Source: Escherichia phage UE-S5b
Sequence record: PP301341.1
DNA length: 64,000 nucleotides
Reading direction: 5' to 3' (one strand)
The notes under the pieces are model-generated. The model saw only the letters and a program-made list of their open reading frames with translations, was not told the DNA's origin and did not search any database. Every line of letters starts with the position of its first letter. Position 1 is the first letter of the stretch. Of the stretch, positions 19,701 through 28,779 are shown piece by piece. Both the position numbers and the translations under genes were made by a program.

Positions 19701-22700
19701 CCACTCAAAAAGTAGCTGAAACTAAAACGGAAATGGAAACAGTTTTCCCTGTCTATAACAATGACAAGACACCGAACCAGTTCCTGAAATCATTTACCCT
19801 GCCGGAAGAACCTAAGTCTCGCACCATTGGTTCTGAATCCCCTTTGACTGATATTAAGCAAGCACTGTCTTCTACTGCACGCTTTGAAGCATTCACTCAA
19901 AAAGAAAATAACGCTCTCACAAGTGATGTGATTAAGCGTTATCAGGACTTAATGGGCTTTGGTGAAACTCTGAAGACTACTCTGTCTGATCGTCTGGCTA
20001 AGTTTCTTGCTAATAAGAACGTTGGTAAACGCTTTGCAGAAGGCACAGAGGCTAACCGTTGGGTAGGTGGTAAGTTACTTAATATCGTAGAGAAAGACGG
20101 AGACACCTTTAAGTTCAATGACCAGTTGTTAGAGACTGCTGTACTTGCTGGTCTGCAATGGCGACTGACTGCTACACAGAATGCTGCTGTTAAAGACATG
20201 AAAGATGTAGCTGCTATTACTGGAGTAGAAGCATCCTTGTTACCTGAAGGTATCCTGGCTGAATTTGAGAATGCTCAGACTCTGGTTGAAGCTACTAACT
20301 CACTGGCTCAAAAGATTGAATCTTACTGGGGATTGAATCGTAATCCTAATGCACCACTGGGTTATACCAAAGGTATTCCAATGGCAATGGCTACAGAGAT
20401 TCTGTCTTCTCTCATTGAGATGGGTGAAGTTAAAGAGTCTATGCTTGATGTGTCTGAGATTGACCCAGACTCTAATAAGACCGTCGGTCTGTATACCATT
20501 GAGAAGCTGGATGATAACGATGCCATTAACAAGTTCCCTACTGCTATCGAGGAAGCTGTTCTCGTAGAACCAGAAGAGAAAATGTACTTTGGTGATGATA
20601 TTCCTTCCGTGGCTCAAACTCAGTTACGTAACCCTGCTGTTAAGAATACCCCAGAGCAGAAAGCTGCTCTTAAAGCAGAACAGGCTACCGAGTTCCGTGT
20701 ACACATGCCGATGGTTAACTTCTATGAAGCATTAGGTCGTGACAACATTCTGGAACTGATGGGTGCTGGTACTCTTAATCCTGAACTGCTGAACGTGAAC
20801 ACTGCTAAGTCACTGGAGGGTAAAAACCTGTCAGTGTCTATGGCATATGATTCCCTGTTCGGTGTAATCAACCAGTTACAGGAACAGGAGAATGGTCTGG
20901 ATACGCCTATTCACTATGGTTACAACATGACCCGTGTAGGTCGTATGCAGATGTTAGGTAAGAACAACCCACAGTCCAGCAAGCTGGTTCGTGAAGCAAT
21001 TCTGCCAACCTTCTCTACTATCGACTTAAGTAATGAAAACAGTCAGACGTTCTCTGATTTCCAGTTAGGTCTGTCTCAGGCATTAGGTATCAAGGTTCAT
21101 AATATGTCCCGTGAAGCTATGTCTGAAAAACTGACCAAAGCTCTGGAAGGTAATTTGAAACCTGCTGTTGATATGATGGTTGAGTTTGATAAGTCCGGGC
21201 ACTTACCAGCCGATGCAGTAGATATTCTTAAGACATCTCTGGGTGGTGATAAATCATTCGTAGCTCTTATGGCTCTTATGGAGTATGCCCGTTACCTGAA
21301 CAGTGATGACCGTGCCAACTTTAATACCCCACTGTACGTTGAAGCCGATGGTGTAACCAACGGACCAATCAACGCAATGGTATTAATGACTGGTGGTAAG
21401 TTCACTTCAGACTGGATTAAGAATACTGCTAAAGGTGGTCTGTTCTTCGGTAAAGCTGGTAAGACTATGAATGAACATCGTTCACAGGATGACAGTGTTG
21501 ACCTGTATGAAGCATCTACCAATGGTCTGCAACAAGCACTTAATGAGTTACGTACTACTTACCGTAACAACGTTCCGGTTATGAACCAAATGAATCATCT
21601 TCAGAAGTTAATGGACCTGTTTATTAAAGACTTTAACCTGAATGAAGACGGTACTCTGGACCTGAAACGTGGTATCGCTAAAAACCCACTGACCATTACC
21701 ATCTATGGTTCAGGTGCTCGTGGTATTGCTGGCAAGATGGTTAGTGCAATTACTGACACCATCTATGAACGATTCAGTGATGTTCTGCAAGCTCGTGCTG
21801 CTGACCCTAGTATTTCCCCAGCTATGGCAATGTTTGGTAAGGAGGCTGCGTCTGAGGCTGATGCTCAGGCTATGCTGGATACTTTCCTTACTTCTATGGA
21901 AGCACTGACTGGTAATGTTCCAGTTATGCGTAAAGGTGAATTGTCTATTCAACAGGTAGAAGGTGCTCTGACTGGTAAGTTAGACCCTCAGAAGTTTACC
22001 GTATCGGGTAATGCCCTGAAGAACTTACAAGAGAACATGCTTCACCTGTTCGTTGAACCAATGCGTACTGGTATCCGGAATACTGTTGGGGAAGGTCTGA
22101 TGCATTCTACTGAGAACTTGCAGAAGGCTACCCAGATTCAGTCTTTGGTTCTACAAGACATGTTCCAACAAGCAGTACAGGCTAAGCTGGCAGAAAAAGA
22201 AAAAGACCCAACCTGGAAGAAGGGTGATTTCTTAACACAGAAAGAACTGAATGAAATTCAGGAATCATTGTCTCCACTGGCTCCAATGATTGAGACTGGT
22301 TCACAGACTTTCTATATTGCTGGTAGTGAGAATACTGATGTTGCTAACCAGGTACTGGCTACCAACTTAGATGACCGTATGCGTGTGCCAATGAGCATCT
22401 ATGCTCCTTCTCAGGCAGGCGTTGCAGGTATTCCATTTATGACCATTGGCACTGGTGATGGCATGATGATGCAGACCCTTTCTACTATGAAAGGTGCTCC
22501 GAAGAATACCCTGAAAATCTTTGATGGTATGAACATTGGTATCAACAACATCACTGATGCAAGTCGTAAAGCTAACGAGGCTGTATACACTTCCTGGCAG
22601 GGTAACCCTATCAAGAATGTTTATGAGTCTTTTACTAAGTTCATGAAGAACGTAGACTTCAGCAAACTATCTGATGAAACCAAACAGGCTATCGCTAAAT

Positions 22701-25700
22701 CTGCTCTGGAATATGACCAGCGTGAAGGTGCTACCGATGACCTGTTACGTGTTGGTGCTGAACAGATTGAACGTAACCTGCGTAATATTGCTCTGGGTGT
22801 AGATATTCGTCACAAAGTAATGAACCAGGTACAGACTACTGTTGACCAGATGGCTGCTGTTGGTGCTCCTTATGTGAACAACGGTAAAATCTCTCTGGAA
22901 GGTCTGACCGTAGACCAACAAGTAGCTAAGCTAAATGAACTGTTCGATGCTGAATTAAACAAACGTCGTGATGCAGTACGTGCTGCTAAAGTAGAACCAG
23001 TGAAAGAAGTGCCAGCAATGGAACAGGTTGGTCGTGTACTGAAGTCTGGTGTACGCCTACTGTCTAATACTGCTATCTCTAAGCTGGCTAAAGAGATGTC
23101 TCCGGAACAGCAAGCAGTACTGAAAGAAGTACAGAAATCCCTTGCTGCTAAAGACTATAAGGTTGTTTACGGTACACCTTCCCAACTGGATGCTTATGCT
23201 ATTGAGAAGAATATTACTCGCCCAGCACCAGAAGATATTGAAGCTGCTGAAGCTGGTAATGCGTATGGTTGGACTAACTTTGAAGATAAGACCATCTACT
23301 TAGTTACCCCTTCCTTAGAGACTCTGGTTCATGAATTGGTGCATGCTTCTACTTTTGAATCTGTACTGGCTCACTATGAGGGTACTCCTAATGAAGCGGT
23401 CCAGAACATTGAAGACCTGATGAACCAGTTCCGTGCTCTGGATGTTAAGGATGAATCCCCGGCAGTTCGGGAAGCATATGCAGATGCTCTTAATACTATT
23501 AACGGTCATTTATCTAATGGCTTTATTGAGCCAGCAATGGCTAAAGCTGCTGCACTGAATGAGTACATGGCATGGGGTTTAACCAACCGTGAACTGATTA
23601 GTAAGCAGAAGAAAACCACTGCACTTAAGACTATGGTTCAGGCTGTATATGAAGCAATTAAACGTCTGGTATTCGGGCGTAAGAAAGCACCAGCTAATGC
23701 AGATGATATGTTCTCTGGCTTACTGTTTAACTCGTCCGTAGTTATGCGTGGGCAAGCTCCTACTGCTGCTGTAGCCAAAGATACTACTCTGTTCCATAAC
23801 AAAACGTATGGTGACAATACTCGTCTGGAAGAGCTAGGGAAAACCTTCGATAAACTGATTACTGACTACATTGGTTCTGAACCAGTACAGCAAGTAATTC
23901 GTAAAGGTAAGTTCTCTGATGCAGTGGTTAATGCGACTAAAGTAACTCGTGATGTTCAGGCTCATGGCTTCACTATGAATATGCAGGAACAACGTCTCTT
24001 TACTAACATTGTTGCTGCTCTGGCTACTGAGGCTGCTATTAATCCTGCTGCTCTGGCTCGTGCGCAGGAATACTACACACATGTTACTAAGAACCTGACC
24101 GTTGAGTCATTCATGNCTGACCCAGATAGTACTAACCCTGCTGACCGTTACTATGCACAGCAGAAGTTCGATACCATCATGGGTGCTAACAACATTGAGT
24201 TTGATTCACAAGGTCGTTCCTCCTTACTGCCTACCTTTATTGGTCTGGCGATGGTAAGTGAAGAGGTACGTAAAGTGCTGGCTGATATTCCAGTTATGAA
24301 AGTAGACAAGAAATCTGGCAATACCGCTGATGCAATGCTGACTAACATCGGTACTGCTGCAATGGCTAGTCTGAATGCTCGTGTAGCAGGAGATACTAAA
24401 GCTACCAACGTACAGGAAGGTATGGATGCACTGGCTCAGACAATCATGCAGACCAGTCTTAATGCACAATCCTTCTATGATTCCGTTGCTACTCCTACGG
24501 GTAATGCTATTGATCGTGCTAACCAGTATCTGGTGGACTCTATTGATGTACTGTCTACCCGTGCTTTAGAAGGTGCTCGTGAAGTTGCAGCTAATACCAA
24601 GAACCCGTTGGTTAAAGGTGCTGCCCATGCTGCACAATTAATAGCTGCTATTGCTACAGAGAAGAATGGTGCAATCGTAGCCGAAGGTGTTATGGCTGCA
24701 ATGAACCAGGGTAAGGTATGGCAACCTTTCCATGACCTGGTTAATGACTTAACTGGTCGTACTAAGAGCAATGCTTCTGTATATGATTTGATTAAAGCAG
24801 TGCGTGCACAGGTACAGGCTGACCGTCAACAGTTCCGTGAACATCTGCCCACCACTATTGCATCTAAGTTCAGCCGTAAGCTTACTAATGATGAGTGGAA
24901 AGCAATGCATACCGGTATGGGTAAAACCGACTTAGCTGTTCTGCGTGACACTATGTCTCTGGGTGAAATTCGTGACTTGCTGACTGACCAAAAGATTGTT
25001 GACCGTGAAGTGAATAAGCTGGAAGCAGATTTGCAGAAACAAGCAGGACGTAACTGGCCTTTGATTAGCCGTAAATCTAAGCAACTGGCTCAGTACATGA
25101 TTAATGGCACAGTTGGTAATAACTTGCTGCGTAATGCTACTGCAATCTCTCGTATGCTGGGTGAACGACAGGCTGCACGTTCTACTGTAGACGTAGCTCA
25201 ACTGGATAAACTGATTACTCTGTATGCACTGGAAGCAATGAGTAAGACTGACCGTGAGATGTTATCTTCACTGGCTCAATCAGAGATTGAAGGCATGGAC
25301 TTCGCTACTTCTTATCTGGTTGGTCAGCGTAAAGATGAAATGGCTAAAGCCAAATCTGATACTCGTGCAACTCTGAACCAGTACAAAGGGTATATTCCTG
25401 GTGAGACTAAACAGGGTGTTAACTTGATTGTTGCTGAAGATAGTCAGTTTGCTGATTTGATTGAGAAGTCCTATGTACGTCTGGGTACTTATCAGGGTAG
25501 CTCTGCTAATCGTGGTCCAGCACGTAGCTACTACTTTGCACCGGTACAGGCACAGGCTCCATTCTCGCAAGGTATCTTACAGAACGTTCGCAATACTGCT
25601 GGTGGTGTAGACCTTGGTACAGGCTTTACGATGGGTACAATGGTAGCTGGTCGTATCACTGACAAGCCTTCTGTAGACCGTATCACTAAAGCACTGGCTC

Positions 25701-27133
25701 GCGGTGAACGTGGTAATGAACCACTGCTGCCTGTATATGATGATAAAGGCAATGTGGTTGCTTATGAGCAATCTATTGACCCTAACATGCTGAAGCACAT
25801 TGAGGGTGAGAACCATCTCGCTCGTGCAATCGGTGTATGGCGTGGTCGTCAGGTAGAGGAAGCTAAGGCTCAGCGTTTCAACGATATGCTGATTGAGAAC
25901 CTGCATAGCATGTATAAAAACGACATTAAAATGTCTGCCTCTAACAAGTCACAGTACGTTAACCTTCTTGGTTCTAAACTGGACCCAGTAACTGCTGATG
26001 CCCTTAAGCTGATGAACAGTGAAACTCGTCAGAAAGCAGAAAGTCTGTTTGGTCCTGGTGAGTTGTGGGTACGTCGTGACATGCTGAATGATGCACTGGG
26101 CTATCGTGCAGCTTCCGTAGGTGATGCCTGGTCTGGCAATTCTCGTTGGTCACCAGAAACACTGGATACCTTCAAGAAAGCTATGTTGGGTGTATTCGGC
26201 AACCGTGCTTATAAGTATGTAATGGGTGGTGAGAACCTGGTTCAAAACTTAGTTAAAGAAGCCAAAACTCTGATTGTAGTTAAGTCAGTAGTTGTTCCTG
26301 CTGTTAACTTCCTGGCTAACCTTTACCAGATGGTTGGTCGTGGTGTACCTGTTAAGAACATTGCTAAGAGCATTCCACAGAAGACTGCTGAGATTAACCA
26401 GTACCTGAAATCTCGTCTGCGTCAGGTAGATGCAGAAGCAGANTTACGTGCAGCTACTAACCCGAACCAGATTCGTAAGCTTAAGGCTGAAATTCAGTCC
26501 ATCACTGATAGTCATAAGCGTATGAGTATCTGGCCTCTGTTAGAAGCTGGTGAGTTTTCTTCAATTGCAGATGCTGGTATTGGACGAGATGACATCCTGA
26601 TTACTGAAGGTAAACTTCACGAATACATGGATAAACTGGCTGATAAGTTACCTAAGTCTGTACGTAATGCTGGACGTTATGCCCTTATCACCAAGGATAC
26701 TGCTTTATTCCAGGGTATCCAGAAGACGGTTGAGTACTCTGACTTTATTGCTAAAGCAATCATCTATGATGATTTGACTCAGCGTAAAGGTAAGACTCGT
26801 GAAGAAGCACTTGGACGTGTAACGGAAGAGTTCATTAACTATGACCGTCTGCCTGGTCGCTTCCGTGGGTATATGGAAAGTGTTGGTCTTATGTGGTTCT
26901 ATAACTTTAAGATTCGTTCTGCAAAAATTGCAGTATCCATGATTCGTAACAACCCGGTACACGCAGCTATGGCTATGTTGGCTCCAACTCCTACCATGTT
27001 TGGTAATGTTGGTTTACCTATTCAGGACAACATCTTCAGTATTGCTGCACAAGGCAATCTCGGTTACTCCTGGGGCTTCGGTCAGGGACTTCGTGCCCAT
27101 AACCTTAACCCTTGGCTCAATCTAGCTAACTAA
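16763..27133 (+). CDS. virion-encapsidated RNA polymerase (vRNAP, N4 gp50-like)
   Basis: Single 3456 aa ORF, the hallmark giant protein of N4-like phages; last gene of the late operon; contains T7-RNAP-like motif B-like segment (PLTITIYGSG). Three isolated N. Confidence 0.9.
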   Translation: MNRKHAMSTFDRLAGFADSITNAKQVDVSTATSQKQAAQGQSPSQLTPENAYNLQTGRVGNLGIGAFEPGSLQADFTQASPLEILNKYGNEQGLQILNSRANAADAVRQDLSKQRTNAEAFGDTLSGVGLGVANTLGGIAALGTGLVNDNAGASIASGMDWLNEGVHNLQSDALNATRKVVQNQNQISAQKNQKLYEEDIKNGESSLVASLSRIGRDAFDSVANTLDNGMAATDGLSEGVGSLFTGGPLIRGVSALGKVMVGGDKAVKGITLAAELGSRPAQVALSAGRVAAPAIAIGGMEAGGAYQQTASEIMKMSHQELASKSPVYQQHIADGLSPDEARRQTASETGIIAAGLTAPVAAATGPLVSKFELNPLKVGSLAGAGSNMLRETVEEGIQSGTSQFAQNKAIQGNVDAKRDLLKGVGEQAGLGALYGFGSAGVAQAPGTTVKAVGASAGPALRTTLAGASLVGSALAKAASPITNILVQRGEEVAKRNEQASPVSDATVNAAAQEATAQAEQAQATVQEAVDAMDISPEEKAAATQYAADLTQAMKFDPVELEQANPAIREAVSGSTNRVEAIQKMADLVNTAEDPNVQMEAAIQMYDNIMSMDSFINRDPGALANLEQGSPAANIVDQFSGLMANVQNTPKVLRAFRAIHSMIQEQAEAGKLKATEEANQAQANNIAMAADMSPEVLDADSVNMVLKHASEGKITLGNRQRAALQSAAALLQGAREFDAKAEELGLRPQDIVSKQIKTDESRSNEGQYSALQHAKRIRSAYNSGNFDLASAYLDDFMKFAQHMQNKVGALNEHLISGNADKNKSVHYQALTPSREWVRSRTGLGVNPYDTKSVKFAQQVGLEAKTVADIANALATAYPELNVSHVKVTPLDSRLDKPAAQVVKEFRQGGLDATQSQQTNEPVNQVDETPAPAQETTTTVQPKAKPVVENKTVPVKEASSKAEEVSTTKSETVDATLTNEDTTQKVAETKTEMETVFPVYNNDKTPNQFLKSFTLPEEPKSRTIGSESPLTDIKQALSSTARFEAFTQKENNALTSDVIKRYQDLMGFGETLKTTLSDRLAKFLANKNVGKRFAEGTEANRWVGGKLLNIVEKDGDTFKFNDQLLETAVLAGLQWRLTATQNAAVKDMKDVAAITGVEASLLPEGILAEFENAQTLVEATNSLAQKIESYWGLNRNPNAPLGYTKGIPMAMATEILSSLIEMGEVKESMLDVSEIDPDSNKTVGLYTIEKLDDNDAINKFPTAIEEAVLVEPEEKMYFGDDIPSVAQTQLRNPAVKNTPEQKAALKAEQATEFRVHMPMVNFYEALGRDNILELMGAGTLNPELLNVNTAKSLEGKNLSVSMAYDSLFGVINQLQEQENGLDTPIHYGYNMTRVGRMQMLGKNNPQSSKLVREAILPTFSTIDLSNENSQTFSDFQLGLSQALGIKVHNMSREAMSEKLTKALEGNLKPAVDMMVEFDKSGHLPADAVDILKTSLGGDKSFVALMALMEYARYLNSDDRANFNTPLYVEADGVTNGPINAMVLMTGGKFTSDWIKNTAKGGLFFGKAGKTMNEHRSQDDSVDLYEASTNGLQQALNELRTTYRNNVPVMNQMNHLQKLMDLFIKDFNLNEDGTLDLKRGIAKNPLTITIYGSGARGIAGKMVSAITDTIYERFSDVLQARAADPSISPAMAMFGKEAASEADAQAMLDTFLTSMEALTGNVPVMRKGELSIQQVEGALTGKLDPQKFTVSGNALKNLQENMLHLFVEPMRTGIRNTVGEGLMHSTENLQKATQIQSLVLQDMFQQAVQAKLAEKEKDPTWKKGDFLTQKELNEIQESLSPLAPMIETGSQTFYIAGSENTDVANQVLATNLDDRMRVPMSIYAPSQAGVAGIPFMTIGTGDGMMMQTLSTMKGAPKNTLKIFDGMNIGINNITDASRKANEAVYTSWQGNPIKNVYESFTKFMKNVDFSKLSDETKQAIAKSALEYDQREGATDDLLRVGAEQIERNLRNIALGVDIRHKVMNQVQTTVDQMAAVGAPYVNNGKISLEGLTVDQQVAKLNELFDAELNKRRDAVRAAKVEPVKEVPAMEQVGRVLKSGVRLLSNTAISKLAKEMSPEQQAVLKEVQKSLAAKDYKVVYGTPSQLDAYAIEKNITRPAPEDIEAAEAGNAYGWTNFEDKTIYLVTPSLETLVHELVHASTFESVLAHYEGTPNEAVQNIEDLMNQFRALDVKDESPAVREAYADALNTINGHLSNGFIEPAMAKAAALNEYMAWGLTNRELISKQKKTTALKTMVQAVYEAIKRLVFGRKKAPANADDMFSGLLFNSSVVMRGQAPTAAVAKDTTLFHNKTYGDNTRLEELGKTFDKLITDYIGSEPVQQVIRKGKFSDAVVNATKVTRDVQAHGFTMNMQEQRLFTNIVAALATEAAINPAALARAQEYYTHVTKNLTVESFMXDPDSTNPADRYYAQQKFDTIMGANNIEFDSQGRSSLLPTFIGLAMVSEEVRKVLADIPVMKVDKKSGNTADAMLTNIGTAAMASLNARVAGDTKATNVQEGMDALAQTIMQTSLNAQSFYDSVATPTGNAIDRANQYLVDSIDVLSTRALEGAREVAANTKNPLVKGAAHAAQLIAAIATEKNGAIVAEGVMAAMNQGKVWQPFHDLVNDLTGRTKSNASVYDLIKAVRAQVQADRQQFREHLPTTIASKFSRKLTNDEWKAMHTGMGKTDLAVLRDTMSLGEIRDLLTDQKIVDREVNKLEADLQKQAGRNWPLISRKSKQLAQYMINGTVGNNLLRNATAISRMLGERQAARSTVDVAQLDKLITLYALEAMSKTDREMLSSLAQSEIEGMDFATSYLVGQRKDEMAKAKSDTRATLNQYKGYIPGETKQGVNLIVAEDSQFADLIEKSYVRLGTYQGSSANRGPARSYYFAPVQAQAPFSQGILQNVRNTAGGVDLGTGFTMGTMVAGRITDKPSVDRITKALARGERGNEPLLPVYDDKGNVVAYEQSIDPNMLKHIEGENHLARAIGVWRGRQVEEAKAQRFNDMLIENLHSMYKNDIKMSASNKSQYVNLLGSKLDPVTADALKLMNSETRQKAESLFGPGELWVRRDMLNDALGYRAASVGDAWSGNSRWSPETLDTFKKAMLGVFGNRAYKYVMGGENLVQNLVKEAKTLIVVKSVVVPAVNFLANLYQMVGRGVPVKNIAKSIPQKTAEINQYLKSRLRQVDAEAXLRAATNPNQIRKLKAEIQSITDSHKRMSIWPLLEAGEFSSIADAGIGRDDILITEGKLHEYMDKLADKLPKSVRNAGRYALITKDTALFQGIQKTVEYSDFIAKAIIYDDLTQRKGKTREEALGRVTEEFINYDRLPGRFRGYMESVGLMWFYNFKIRSAKIAVSMIRNNPVHAAMAMLAPTPTMFGNVGLPIQDNIFSIAAQGNLGYSWGFGQGLRAHNLNPWLNLAN

Positions 27134-27135
27134 AT

Positions 27136-27170
27136 GAAAAAGCCCCTCATTAGAGGGGCTTTAATTTTTA
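27136..27170. terminator. bidirectional rho-independent terminator at the convergent junction
   Basis: AGCCCCTC-ATTA-GAGGGGCT flanked by an A-run upstream and T-rich downstream; serves the vRNAP gene (+) and the DUF2829 gene (-). Confidence 0.7.
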
Positions 27171-27671
27171 CTAAACTAACACCCAGTCTTCAGCTAATAT
27201 ATCTGATTGGGATGGGACCCAAGGCATAAACTGGTCATCAACAGTTTTGATTCCTAACCATGGACGAGGTTTCAATTCATCAGCAAGTCCTGGACGCTCT
27301 AAGCTACTGCTATTCCATTCTTGAGCAGCAACGTACTCAATGTACATTCCTTTACCATTCCAGCCTTTACGGGCTAGTTTGAAGCCGGATTTGAGAAGCT
27401 CTACTGCATGACCAAAGGTGCAACCTTTTTCTACGTCATGGTACGCAGTTTCAAATGCAGATTTAGGTGACCAGCTAATATAGCCACGGAACTGAGGATG
27501 GTTAGACTTAGAGTCTGGGTACTCTACTAAGTAACCTTCTTCTAATGGGTCTTCATTAGCAGGTACATCCCAGCCACGAAGTTTGCAGTATGTTTCTTTG
27601 TTCATTCGGAAACCATTTACACACTTGGTTCCGATATAATTGGTAAAATGGACTTTAATTTCTTCTGACAT
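27171..27671 (-). CDS. DUF2829-like (Tad2-like) domain protein, candidate anti-defence protein
   Basis: C-terminal half FGHAVELLKSGFKLARKGWNGKGMYI...PWLGIKTVDDQFMPWVPSQSDILAEDWVLV matches the DUF2829 pattern as I recall it; ATG at 27671 preceded by GAGGT, whereas the track start at 27698 is GTG inside a hairpin. Confidence 0.6.
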   Translation of the reverse strand: MSEEIKVHFTNYIGTKCVNGFRMNKETYCKLRGWDVPANEDPLEEGYLVEYPDSKSNHPQFRGYISWSPKSAFETAYHDVEKGCTFGHAVELLKSGFKLARKGWNGKGMYIEYVAAQEWNSSSLERPGLADELKPRPWLGIKTVDDQFMPWVPSQSDILAEDWVLV

Positions 27672-27686
27672 AACTACCTCAAATGA

Positions 27687-27720
27687 GAAAGCCCTCACTA
27701 GGAGGGCTTGTTTTGTTTTG
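27687..27720. terminator. GC hairpin plus U-tract (strong in + orientation, weaker in - orientation)
   Basis: AAGCCCTC-ACTA-GGAGGGCTT followed by GTTTTGTTTTGG on +; lies between the gp49-like gene and the DUF2829 gene. Confidence 0.5.
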
Positions 27721-27789
27721 GCTTCATGAGCCTTACCACATGTCGGGTAGTTCAGTACCTTTCGGTAAAAACTACCTTACACTTTTGAA

Positions 27790-28170
27790 TCAGATTGTAC
27801 AACCACCACCATCACAGGTGTTGTTTTCTGCAAAGGAAGCCAGAGCTTTAGCAGTCTCTTCTTTCTCATGCAGTGCCTGACGTAGCAGGTAACCTTCTAA
27901 TTCCCAAATCTTATTGAATGCATTTTCATATGCATACTGACGGCCTTTTTGCTCATCATAGATAGCTGGGTCAACACAGGCAGATACACCTTCAACTTTG
28001 AAGCCATTTTCCAAGATGATAATGCAATAGGTTATNAGACCCAGGTTAGCCAAATCATCTGCCGGGAGTGCAGATGGATCAACAAATGCAGACTTCACTG
28101 CATCAGCTCCATTAAAATAGTAGACGCTCTTAATCTTAGCTTCGATTGCTTCTTTACTTACTGTTGCCAT
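27790..28170 (-). CDS. N4 gp49-like protein (Phage_gp49_66 family candidate)
   Basis: About 126 aa, adjacent to vRNAP as gp49 is in N4; ATG at 28170 preceded by GAGG; contains one X. Confidence 0.5.
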   Translation of the reverse strand: MATVSKEAIEAKIKSVYYFNGADAVKSAFVDPSALPADDLANLGXITYCIIILENGFKVEGVSACVDPAIYDEQKGRQYAYENAFNKIWELEGYLLRQALHEKEETAKALASFAENNTCDGGGCTI

Positions 28171-28339
28171 TATTAGCCTCATAGAGTGGTTTGAGTTTGT
28201 ACTTAAACATGACTGCGTTGTTATAGGCTACGCTACCTGCAAACACCAAAGACTTGCGTCCTCGATTATCCGTTACCTCATAGGCATACGGGGTTGAGAT
28301 TAGGTCAATCATATTGATTATCCAATTATTAATACTCAA
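28154..28339 (-). CDS. small hypothetical ORF (doubtful)
   Basis: 61 aa ORF with TTG start and no Shine-Dalgarno; overlaps the gp49-like start. Confidence 0.25.
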   Translation of the reverse strand: MSINNWIINMIDLISTPYAYEVTDNRGRKSLVFAGSVAYNNAVMFKYKLKPLYEANNGNSK

Positions 28340-28340
28340 A

Positions 28341-28376
28341 TAAAAAAGTCCCCCAGAGTGACGGCTCCAGGGGACT
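28341..28376 (-). terminator. putative terminator downstream of tRNA array
   Basis: GTCCCC/GGGGAC stem with 16 nt loop; followed by a U-run on the - strand. Confidence 0.4.
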
Positions 28377-28620
28377 TAGTACTATTTACCCATAGCTGGG
28401 AGGCTTTTGGTTCTTACCACGAAGACAGTCCACGCTGACNAGNCTTGGGATTGATAGTCCCGTTCCTGTGGTAATTACTCAGGCTAGGATTTAAGGAGTT
28501 CCTATTCTCCAGCGAAATTCCCGTCGANGGGAATAACAATACAATAGCAGNCACTGGACTGTCTTACCAGTGTTGTCTTTAGAGTGCNATGCAATCAGGA
28601 CTATGTTACTGCTGAATGGG

Positions 28621-28694
28621 TGTCCACTACTGGATTTGAACCAGTGACTTTCCGATTATTAGTCGGTTGCTTTCCCCGTCTAAGCTAAGTGGAC
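28621..28694 (-). tRNA. tRNA gene, canonical cloverleaf, anticodon loop CUAAUAA (apparent anticodon AAU, identity uncertain)
   Basis: Hand fold of - strand: acceptor GTCCACT/AGTGGAC (7 bp perfect), D-arm GCTT/AAGC, T-arm ACTGG-TTCAAAT-CCAGT, anticodon stem CCGA/TCGG. Confidence 0.55.
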
Positions 28695-28700
28695 TTATTA

Positions 28701-28776
28701 TGGTTACCCAGGCAGGATTCGAACCTGCGTCCTAGTTGGTTTACTAGTGGGGCTTTACCACTAAGCCTACTGGGTA
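28701..28776 (-). tRNA. tRNA gene with encoded CCA; anticodon loop appears 6 nt (AAACCA), identity unresolved
   Basis: Hand fold: acceptor TACCCAG/CTGGGTA, D-arm GGCT-TAGTGGTAA-AGCC, T-arm GCAGG-TTCGAAT-CCTGC, 3' ACCA; anticodon stem CTAGT/ACTAG leaves a 6 nt loop. Confidence 0.55.
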
Positions 28777-28779
28777 TTA

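Noticed and set aside
17031-26962. Numerous short ORFs on either strand inside the vRNAP gene (for example 17347-17703 -, 18995-19411 -, 24475-24771 -)
   Set aside because: Fully contained in a long, well-supported ORF; low-complexity translations typical of frame shadows.
27700-27790. Sigma70-like promoter for the DUF2829 gene (TTGTAC ... TAAGGT on the - strand)
   Set aside because: The -10 match is weak (3 of 6) and I could not support it from sequence alone; expression may instead come from read-through or a phage polymerase promoter.
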